Shown here in pieces: positions 34,227 to 43,281 of a stretch of DNA of 43,281 bases. A program made the translations under genes and the position numbers. Under the pieces are notes generated by a model, which was given only the letters and a program-made list of their open reading frames with translations, did no database searches and was not told the origin of the DNA. Position 1 is the first letter of the stretch. Each line of letters opens with the position of its first letter. Origin of the DNA: Psammoneis japonica (Eukaryota); assembly GCA_008632985.1 (NCBI GenBank), contig QPGO01000343.1, positions 1 to 43,281 of the forward strand. The letters run 5' to 3'.

Positions 34227-35963
34227 ATGAGAGGCTTAAGGAGGAAACCCGTAAGCCTTTTTACCAAAGTGATACTGGTTGCTTCCAGCATCTTCCAAGA
34301 AGTAGCACCTACTGTTTATTCTGTCCACGAAAACAAAAATACTTTTTCGTGCACGAGTGCATCTCCTGAGAGAACCTGTGAAGCAGATGAGACGACCCGT
34401 TCCTTCGACCGAGTCCCACACTCATGTCGTCTCGTCATGGCCGAATCATCTATTCCCAACAGTGGCTGGGGTGTCTTTGTCATGGCGGAAAAACCTCGAG
34501 GCGTTCCTGTTTCTTTCGGTGACGTCGTGATTCATGTTGCAGATATCAACGCGACTTATGCACACGGACTACGTCGGCTACTCCAAGATTATGCCTGGGA
34601 CAGCCAAGAAACGGGTGGCTTCTATGAAGGCAGGAAGGTCTTTTCTGTGATACCTGGGATGGGCATGCTAGCAAACGGTCTCGGCGGCGCTTCTGGACCA
34701 AACATTTTGCCCTTTGTCCCCCAGGTGAGTGAAGGCGATCTCTTTCGAACAAGCTCGCCAGGTGCAGGAGCAATCACGCACTATCACAACTACACGTTCT
34801 TTATACAACGGATCATTCCAGAGGGTGGAGAAGTGTTTGCGAATTACGGCAGAGACTGGTTTCAAGAACGCAGTTCAAGCTTGAACGGGATAGACGAGCA
34901 GACAACCAAAAGATCAGTCGAATGGTTGAAGGAGAATGCTTGGTGCCTCGATAATTTGAAACCGGGTACTTCGGAAAAAGGAGATGCTGGGCGGGGCGCC
35001 TTTGCGACAAGGCTCTTAAAGAAGGGATCGGTAATTGCCCCCGTACCCGTGGCTGTGATTGATTCACGTTCCAGCCTTTTCCTCTCCACGCGAACAAGGC
35101 CCAGAACCAGGGCGGAGAAGCTACAGCTAGACGACGACTCCGATGTTGTCGTTGATGGTTACCAGCTCCTGCTCAATTATTGTCTTGGTCATTCCAATTC
35201 TTCCCTCCTCCTTTATCCGTATTCGCCATTGGTCAACCTAGTCAACAATGACAGACAAAACTACAATGCCAAGCTACAATGGTCTCAGCATTCTATAGAC
35301 AACGGTTGGATTGACAAGACCTTAGCAGAGATTCGTTTATCTAATAAGACGAGTCTCTTGCTGGAACTTGTTGCTACGCAGGATATAGCCCCGGGACAAG
35401 AAGTCTTCATCGACTATGGAAAGGCTTGGCAAGAAGCGTGGGATCGTCATGTTGCATCTTGGCAGCCTGTCGAAGACGCAGACTTGTACACAACTGCTCA
35501 CGTAATGGAAGATGTTGTGGCAAGTCGGCTACGTACACAACATGAACAGGCGACTCATCCATACCCTGAAAATCTTTTTACATCCTGCTTTTATCGATAC
35601 AGTGAGAGAAGGGATAAGGTCGTGGTGGGTACAGCTGGAGAAGCCTCGGTATTTGAATGGACATTTTCACCTCGAATATTTGAACTCCGTAATCTAAGGC
35701 CCTGTACAGTCTTAGCCCGTGACGAGGTTCAAAGTGGAAAAGGGACTACGTATCTGTTCACAGTCTTGATTCGAAATCGTTACGGTCTCACTCTAGAGGA
35801 ACGGGTTCCAATGGGTGAGATGCATATTGTCACAAAGGTGCCGCGGCAAGCAATTAGGTTTTCAGACAAGATTTATACCACGGACCAGCATCTCGAGAAC
35901 GCATTTCGCCATGAGATACATATTGAAGACTTTCCTAGCCAGTGGATGGATCGTCAAGGGTAG
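34227..35963 (+). CDS. Protein with two SET-like domains and probable N-terminal signal/anchor (diatom-type)
   Basis: SSIPNSGWGVF...GGEVFANYG, then DAGRGAFATR...LLLNYCLGH..LYPYSPLVNLVNN...ATQDIAPGQEVFIDYG. Intact ORF with a hydrophobic N-terminus. Confidence 0.85.
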   Translation: MRGLRRKPVSLFTKVILVASSIFQEVAPTVYSVHENKNTFSCTSASPERTCEADETTRSFDRVPHSCRLVMAESSIPNSGWGVFVMAEKPRGVPVSFGDVVIHVADINATYAHGLRRLLQDYAWDSQETGGFYEGRKVFSVIPGMGMLANGLGGASGPNILPFVPQVSEGDLFRTSSPGAGAITHYHNYTFFIQRIIPEGGEVFANYGRDWFQERSSSLNGIDEQTTKRSVEWLKENAWCLDNLKPGTSEKGDAGRGAFATRLLKKGSVIAPVPVAVIDSRSSLFLSTRTRPRTRAEKLQLDDDSDVVVDGYQLLLNYCLGHSNSSLLLYPYSPLVNLVNNDRQNYNAKLQWSQHSIDNGWIDKTLAEIRLSNKTSLLLELVATQDIAPGQEVFIDYGKAWQEAWDRHVASWQPVEDADLYTTAHVMEDVVASRLRTQHEQATHPYPENLFTSCFYRYSERRDKVVVGTAGEASVFEWTFSPRIFELRNLRPCTVLARDEVQSGKGTTYLFTVLIRNRYGLTLEERVPMGEMHIVTKVPRQAIRFSDKIYTTDQHLENAFRHEIHIEDFPSQWMDRQG

Positions 35964-36292
35964 CACTTCATTTTGTATGACTGGTACGCTTTGCGTTTCG
36001 GGAGGTGGTAGGCATAGAGTACCTAGAAAATTTAAAATAGAGAGAAAGCATCAGGCGCGACATGATAGAAAAAGCGTACTCGGAGAGGACCTGGATCAGA
36101 TGTCGAGTGCAGTCGTTTGAGAAGCAAGAACAACAAGAACTGGGCGAAAGCTGTTAACTGTAACAGGAGAAACGAGAACGCGACGTCCCAGTTATTTCTC
36201 TCTCTTAATTATTGTACATTTATACGATCGGCTTGCCTCTTGAGCTCCCCTGCCGATCGTTCCGCAGCAACCACCACCACCACCACCACAAG

Positions 36293-38445
36293 CTAGGTGT
36301 CGGTGTTTCTTGTTACAGTCGTCAGGTTTTCACGGTTGTGCCAAGAGTCGTTCCTTGACGCCACGTTTTTTGGGATGCCGCCTTTTTGCGTTGAGCGATA
36401 ACTGAAACCATCACTGTGTTTCTGGATATCGCCGTTGCGTGGTGAAAAGGCGCCCTCTTTCTTCGTTTTCCTTCCTTTGTTTTCTTGCTGTCCCTTCAAG
36501 CGGTCTTTCGCTTTGGCAAGATACGATTTTGAAGCGGCGTTGTCGGGGTCGAAGCGCAAAGCCGATGTGTAAGCTTCAACCGCACCTTGGTAATCTTCCA
36601 AAAAGAATCGTGACAAGCCCAGCCGTGCGTAGGCTTTGCCGTAGGTGGGCTTTAGAGTTAGACTTTTCAAGGAATCCCTCTCCGCATCCACGTAACGTTC
36701 CAAGTAACAGAGAGCGGCAGCCCGGTTGGAATAATATACATGGGAATGCCGTCCATCCGGGCACAATTGAATCGCTTCCGAGTAAGCAGAGAATGCATCT
36801 TGATACTTGGCCGCGGCCATGTACGAATTGCCATCATTCTTGTGTTTCTCTGCTTGGCGTTCTTCGTGCGACTTTTTCGGAGTTACACTTACTGCCAGCT
36901 GCAATGCAACATCGTCGTCCCGTCTAGCATGCGCGGCGCCAACTTCAGCTTGTTGGTCTGAAACGCGCTTTGTGGCCTTTTCTAGGTACTTCTTGCTGCT
37001 TTCGTTGTTTGGATCATATTTGAGGCTCGTCGTGTAAGCCAAGATAGATTCAGCGTAGTTTCCCATCAAGAAATGTGATAAACCCAGTCTAGCATGAGCC
37101 TTGGCATAGTCGGGTTTGAGTTCTAAACTGCGTTCCGAATCCAGCATGGCCTCCTTGATCTTTCTTTGACTCAGGTGAGCAGCCGCCCGGTTGCTCAAGA
37201 AAACGTGGGAACTGGGACCAGCGGGGCTGAGAGTCAGAGCCGAAGTGTACATTTCAACAGCCTTATCGTACTTTTTGGCTTGCATATAAGAGTTTCCTCG
37301 CGTTTTGAATTTTTCTGCTTCGACCTCGTTCGCTGGACGAGACTCCGAAGGGAAAGCCTTGTGATTGGAGACGGATATTGCTTCAACAGTGAAGTCATCA
37401 GGGTACGTTCCCTGCGTCTGCGATGGCATTTCTCTGAAGCGCTGCCGCCGCACCTGGTCAGCTCGCATCTTTCTCCGGGCATCTTGGCGCGCGGGAGCAA
37501 AACCTTGATGATTCATTATTTCAGACCCGTGCCTGCCATGCATGTGAAGATCTCCCTGCCCGGATGTTGCTTGGGCGACCAACTTGGTACGAAACTTGTT
37601 CGCGACCTTTGCATAGCGTTCCTCGTACAAAAGAGTGGAGAGATCCCTCTTTGTTTGTTCGTCGTCGTATGCTGCATTGATAGCTTCCTCCTCCTTATCC
37701 AAGTCACGAAAGAAACCTTTGGCTTCAACAGCGTGGAAAAATTGATCAAACAGCGGGGACTGCACCATTTCCTCTTCAGCATCACAGCGTGATCGGGCAC
37801 CAAATTCAGACAGACCAGCAGCAACTAGCTCTCCCAAAGTCAAAGGTCCCGCTATCGAAGGGCCCGCTGCAAGACCATTGAGTGGGTAAAAGCGGTGGCT
37901 ATTGCTAACGTGATCATCGTCGTACGGGTACCAACTCCACTGATCCTCTTCCTCCTGGGGTTGCTTGGATTCGTCGTTCACCCCGTCGTTTTGCAACGGC
38001 TCGTTCGGGTTCTTCAGGTACATGATTTCTTGTTGAATTTCTTCGAGATGAGGGATGACCAGTCCGTCTAGACGAGGCTCTTCTGGTGGAGGAGGCGAGA
38101 GTCCTTCTTCTTCGAGGTGCTGTTGTTTCTGTTTCCGAGAAAGATCGATTGAAAAATGCGGATCATTCTTCAAAGACAAAGGGATCCTCGTAAATGATCG
38201 CGAAAGAGCATATACAGCGAGACTGAGATATTCAGCGTCAATACCTTCTGCCTCGAACAAATCTTCTGAGGAGTAAGCTCGTCTCAAGCCCCGTAAGTAG
38301 TCTAAGCATAGCAACACTAACTGAGCCTCGCTAGGACAGCCGTTGTTATCAAGTTCTTCTGGATACGAATTATCCGAGTGCTCTTCAGGGATCTGGTTAG
38401 AAAGAGAGGGAGCATGTCTGCCCAGGACGCGGAAGGAAGCGCCAT
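36293..38445 (-). CDS. SGT/SGTA-like TPR co-chaperone with two TPR triplets
   Basis: AEKFKTRGN..YDKAVEMYTSAL..SNRAAA..YAKAHARLG and a second block AEKHKNDGN..SNRAAA..YGKAYARLG. The likely ATG at 38445 is one base out of frame with ORF 36293-38317, suggesting an indel near 38400. Confidence 0.8.
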
Positions 38446-38877
38446 GGTCAAGACGGTTCGTTCATCTGCGTTTTCAGTGTTGTTTTTTTTGCGTTGCGCT
38501 CGCCACGGTATGTTTCAACGGCTTTCTTTCAAAATTATTATTTACTAGCAATACCTGTAGCAATATAAATATACTTGGAAGAAGACCGTTAAGTTTATGT
38601 GATTCAACGGACACATTTTCATGTGTATCGAATTTTGAAGAGCGAAAGCTCGAATGAGAACCCTCGCGTCACTTTTTTTCATTCTTTGTGGTTTTTTTTG
38701 CTCATTGCTCACCTTTCTATCCTCTCTCTCTTCTTTTGCTCCTGGCATCGCATATCGCATTATTGCTGCGAAGGGGAAAGTTGCTGCCAAAAACTCAACA
38801 CTTGCTTTTAACACTACAAAAATCGAGACATCTACAACACCAATATCCGGAAATCGAAGCCACAGACCGCTTGAAGA

Positions 38878-39887
38878 ATGATAAATCCTGTGGAAACGGC
38901 CGAAAAGGCTGTTGCGACTGCAGGCAGGACATTGATGCAGGTTGGAGAAGCACTCGGGCTTGATTTGGATCCATCGTCGGGTACTATTTTCGTTACGGGA
39001 GGAACTGGAGTAGTGGGTAATCGTATTGCTTTGCGTCTCTTGCGTGCCGGATACCCTGCTCTACGTCTCGGAGTCCATGATCCCAAAAAGGCTGAAGATC
39101 TCAACAAGCTCGGTGCAGAAGTCGCCGACTTTGACTGGGAACGAGAAGACACCTACGCTAAGTCACTCGTGGGAGTCAAATCTGTGTTTTGTTCCGCTCC
39201 TTATACCAAGGGATGGGAACGGAAATTTCCTGCCTTTGTTCATGCCTGCAAAAATGCCGGCGTGAAGCATGTCGTCAAGCTGTCGTTTTACCACGCGCGA
39301 AAGAAGGACGACATATTTCAAAAGGTGCCCCTGGTAAGATGGCACGGAAAGTGCGACGAGTATCTCATGAGCTCCGGTATGTCCTACACTATTCTTGGAG
39401 CCACACATCTAATGTCCAACCCTCTCGTGTACCAGAGAACACGCTTCAGGGGACTAAGACTCCTGCAACTTTTTACGGTGCGTCAGCCGACAAGGGAACC
39501 AATTACGTCAGTCCTAATGATGTGGCGGAGGTGGCAGTAAGAACTCTTCTAGAGCCCCACGCTCACAAGAATAAGGAGTACACCTTGACTGGACCAGCTG
39601 CGATAAAGGATTCTGACGTCGCGGACTTGCTCTCCAAGCATCTCAACAAGCCTGTCATGTATGTAGATCAACCTTTGCACACGTTTGAGCAAGGGGAGAA
39701 GATGGGTGGTGAACCATTGTGGATGGTGAAGGACCTTGTGGCTCTCGAGACAATCAAAGCAGATGGACGGGAAGAGGACGTATCTTTTGTTACGCATGAC
39801 ATTGAGAATATTTGTGGTCATGAGGCGCAAACCTACGAAGATTATCTACTCACGAAAGATTACATGACAGCGCACGAGCTTGCCTAG
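38878..39887 (+). CDS. NmrA-like / atypical SDR NAD(P)-binding protein (one frameshift near 39440)
   Basis: IFVTGGTGVVG Rossmann motif, HVVKLS and SGMSYTIL in ORF 38878-39540; YVSPNDVAEVAV..HKNKEYTLTGP continues in the overlapping frame to 39887. Confidence 0.85.
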
Positions 39888-40266
39888 TAGCTAATAGAGA
39901 GTGCTGCCGTAGATAACGAGAGGCACCGTGCTGTACCTACTCCACGCGGTTCTGGTGGGCTTGCATATGGTAGAAGCCGTGTTTCAGTGAACTATTCTGT
40001 TTGAGCCTGCGTTGTTTCAATCCTTCATATTTTGCGCATTTGTCTTAGTAGGGTAGAAGGCGCAAGTAGATACACAAGCCTTGAGCTGCCTACGGTATAA
40101 GAATTTTTCTTAAGCCATCTCGCTGGGGAAGGACTGAACTGATCCGACTTACTCTCCACAGCTAGTAGCGATGGGAGCAAGACAGAAGCAAGGCTCTCTG
40201 ATCAAGTTGCAAGAGATTTTTCTTTCATATTATCAATAGCAAAGAGCACTTCAATACAATAAGTCC

Positions 40267-41130
40267 TTAGACGACAGTAACGTTGTAGTATGGACCAGAT
40301 GGGTATTCTTCCTGCGTCTCTGGAGCAGCGGGCTTAGACGGCGACAAGCCAAAGATTGTTCCAACCACCAGCATAACCAATGCCTGAATTAACCAACATC
40401 CCGCCCAGAACCAAGACGTCATTCCTATGTATTGGGCTACAGTCTCAGCGTCCGAGCTTCGCTCTTCCCCGCCAACGAAAAATTCGGTCTGCTCCAACAA
40501 ACCTCGAATGGATGTAATTGCGTTGAGACATGCGGTGACCGCCAGAAAGGTGTATATGGTTCCCAGATATCGACCTGCTTCCAACAAGTAGCCACAGGCT
40601 ACCAACACCAGGCCAATAAGGGCAATGACAAGCCCTCCAAAAACATTTCGAATCCAAAAGATACAGCTCAGAAGCATGGCAATTCCCACTCCAATGGTGC
40701 CGATCCGAGGTCCGCGCATGGTCCGTCGAAAGAGCAAGAGGATCCCTCCGGTAATGGCAGTTCCTGTGTATCCAGCAGATGCAACAAACGCCCGTTTTAT
40801 GTTGTAGTAATTTCCTGAAGGCAGCGACGTGTAAGCTAGGCCGCTGCCATCTGCGTAAATGCGGAGTGAGGCCACACGTCCTCCAACAAGAATTGCGGAG
40901 ATTCCGTGACACATCTCGTGTATCCACGTCGAAAAGAGTACAAAAGGATACAAGATGTAACGACCCAGAGTAATGTTCATCAAGAGAATCAGCAAAACGG
41001 CAGCGGTTATTAGACGACGTTCACGTTCCCACATCCTCTGCCACTTTCCACCGCGTGTCCCGCCATTGAGCTCATGGATGTTGGGGTGTTGCTCTTTTAC
41101 GCAAACATTACACGTAGCGTCAGTGTTCAT
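40267..41130 (-). CDS. Peptidase M50B-like membrane metalloprotease
   Basis: WIHEMCHG (HExxH), DGSGL, ASAGY and SDA motifs with several transmembrane segments. A short upstream exon is possible (acceptor-like CAG near 41142). Confidence 0.85.
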   Translation of the reverse strand: MNTDATCNVCVKEQHPNIHELNGGTRGGKWQRMWERERRLITAAVLLILLMNITLGRYILYPFVLFSTWIHEMCHGISAILVGGRVASLRIYADGSGLAYTSLPSGNYYNIKRAFVASAGYTGTAITGGILLLFRRTMRGPRIGTIGVGIAMLLSCIFWIRNVFGGLVIALIGLVLVACGYLLEAGRYLGTIYTFLAVTACLNAITSIRGLLEQTEFFVGGEERSSDAETVAQYIGMTSWFWAGCWLIQALVMLVVGTIFGLSPSKPAAPETQEEYPSGPYYNVTVV

Positions 41131-41622
41131 ATCACCCAATTCTGTATCAAATAGTCGCTAAGATAGAAAGCTTGCGTCGGCTCTTGGGCTTTTGCGAGAG
41201 TAAGTTGAAAGTGTCGCCTGAAGCAAGCTCAAAGACTCAAAGAAGAGCGAGCATTGGTTTTCTTTCTTTTCGTTGTCGAGGTCGCGGATTTGGTCGCGGA
41301 TGACGTTTGCTCCCGATGCGAAGGGTTGCGCGCGCGCGGAAACACGCAGTGACGTCCCCCTACAGTACGTACAATTCTACAAGTGTCTGGTAGGTATGTC
41401 GACATCAAATCAATCGTGATAATTCTTATGTCGTTTCTTCGAGGACGAATAAACGGCAGTCGATGGCGATCTTTTTTCCCGCCATTTTTTGTACCGCATG
41501 CCTGTCGCTCGCTCGTTGTCAACGTCGTTAGTTGTTGACGCACTCCTTTCTGTGGCACAAGTGGTGACTGAAGCAGGAAGCAGACTACCCAAGTGCGACG
41601 GTATTCAACGTGCCATCCCACA

Positions 41623-43281
41623 ATGGCGGACAACAGCAGCCCTTGGCCCCAAGTCGCGGTGAAAGAAGAACGTGAAGAAGTCGTTCATGAAACGAGTATC
41701 CGAACGAGTACGTCATCCGTCCCTGCTGCCAGCGGTATGGAGCAAGAACGTGCCGCTGGTGGCCGGGGGACCAGCCAAGACATATCGCGGTGAACGGACA
41801 AGGAATGTGGAAGGCGTGGAAGCGAAACTTTAAATCGCCTCTTTTGGCCCTGTTGGATTTGTTTGACAACGCAATTGATGCATCGCTCGTGATTGATGAA
41901 GAGGCCTTTCACTTCAAAGGCCGAGGAAGAATCCATGTTATGGGTGATAAGGATGCCGAGGGAGTCTCCACCGGGTTTCAATCATCAATAACTGTCACAG
42001 CAGAATCCCTCCAATCGAAGAGGTCCTTGAGGTATTCAAAAGTAGCAAAGGCTCTCAGGCGATCGGCGAAAACGGCGTCGGCACGAAACAAGCATGCGCT
42101 AGTTTGACCGATCTCAGCTTTGTAATGACTCGAAACAGAGACACTTGGGGCTTGGGTGTGATTGCTGCGGAAGTTCAGCGAGTTGATGGTATTGTTCTCC
42201 CATCTATTACCTTTCGTCCGAACCGTGAAGATCTTTCTCGTCAAGTCAAGACGAACCCGGTAAGTGCGGCGTCTCAGGAACAACAATAAGTGTTCTGAGT
42301 CATGGATATACTGACTCTTGATCTTGTTTCGGATTTGTATGATTAATGTCCGCAGGCCATTGCTGAGTGTGTGTCCTGCTATGGCGATGGAGATTTCGAG
42401 ACAGGTATTATGCGGCTCCTTACACATTGCAACGCCATGACAAGCCATCAGTGGCGTAGTGATGACCACGTGTTTCTTGTGGTACTCCATCAGCTACGCC
42501 ACGGATCAGAATCCCTTGTCAGTAACGAGAGCAGTGACAATGAAGGAGATATTGATTACGGCCTTCGAGCGCAGCACTTGATGCACAAGCTGACCGATGA
42601 GTTGCCACGCCAGTACCTTCACATTCCAGCTGAGTTTGACATTACCGTCAATTACCAAAAGATCAGGTTCCAGTATTGGGAAAGAAGATTGGTCGAAATC
42701 ACCAGCTTTCTGTGCAAAGTAGACCCTCATAATGAGTGGAGCACGGCAGAGGACTGGGAAAACCCTACAGAATCGAGGAGCCTGCGCGTGTATTGTGGGT
42801 TCGATCCAGCAAGACTTGACGGAGAGTCTTCGTCCTCGTTGTCTCTTTATGTTCACAGCAGGCAGTCTGGTCGTCTTATTACGGTGGAACCCGATGCTCG
42901 CAACACGTTGGCCTAAACAACTCTGGGACGACCTTTGGCCAAGGGCTCACCGTTATTCTAGACGATTACATGTCAACATTGCCGCTAGACCCTACAAAGC
43001 AGGGACTTGCGTTTGCACAGCAGGCTGCAGGCGGGTTGTATAAAAAGAATCTATTCGCCTGGCTTGGTGCCTATGCTTCTTTTACTACAATCGGCACCTC
43101 GAGAAATTTGGCGGCACCAAGGGCGAACTCACGAAAGGCGTGCAACAGCAGTTACAGAACGTTCAACGTCTTCGCGACAAGGACAATGTGAAGTCTTCAT
43201 GTGAAAATTCACATGCTACGATTCTCTTAGATTCAAACGATATTCCGACAAGAGCATAAGAAAATCGAGTAAACGTGCAAG
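41623..43281 (+). CDS. MORC-like GHKL ATPase, 5' portion, runs off the window and contains several frameshifts
   Basis: ALLDLFDNAIDA (Bergerat motif I) and, in another frame, IEEVLEVFKSSKGSQAIGENGVGTKQACASLTDLSFVMTRN (ATP-lid/GxG). GTAAGT...GCAG intron at 42260-42355; LDPTKQG downstream. Confidence 0.7.

Noticed and set aside
36439..38276. Plus-strand ORFs overlapping the TPR gene, and similar antisense ORFs over other genes
   Set aside because: These are shadow ORFs with no recognisable motifs opposite well-supported coding sequences.

Overview
This is eukaryotic genomic DNA, most likely from a diatom (inferred from diatom-style AP2, double-SET and retroelement motifs plus short GT-AG introns). 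It alternates between ordinary gene islands and decayed, repeat-rich blocks. The islands (about 17.7-21.0 kb and 34.2-43.3 kb) encode a coiled-coil protein, a nucleoredoxin-like protein, an ApaH/PPP-type metallophosphoesterase, a SET-domain protein, an SGT-like TPR protein, an NmrA-like oxidoreductase, an M50B-like peptidase and a MORC-like GHKL ATPase. The first decayed block (0.5-17 kb) is a patchwork of host-gene relics (VPS13, WD40, AP2 and others). It is interrupted by a full-length but dead Ty3/Gypsy element at 8236-12966 with 367-bp LTRs and a CTTG target-site duplication. The second block (about 21.3-33.9 kb) holds Copia-like relics and a higher-order tandem array. The main finding is a region-restricted mutational signature in which TpA dinucleotides are almost eliminated by TA->TG/CA transitions, the reverse of fungal RIP. 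It can be read directly from the LTR pair and from Tyr->Cys/His changes in conserved motifs. Surviving TAs are mostly YTAR, which points to A->G change in 5'-TAY-3' on either strand. It is separable from ordinary CpG decay and may be an undescribed genome-defence or heterochromatin mutator. A 250-bp MITE with 19-bp TIRs and a 9-bp TSD sits in a promoter. Single-base frameshifts in otherwise intact genes suggest assembly indel errors, so frameshift-only pseudogene calls are uncertain. All counts were made by eye and all family assignments come from recalled motifs, not searches.
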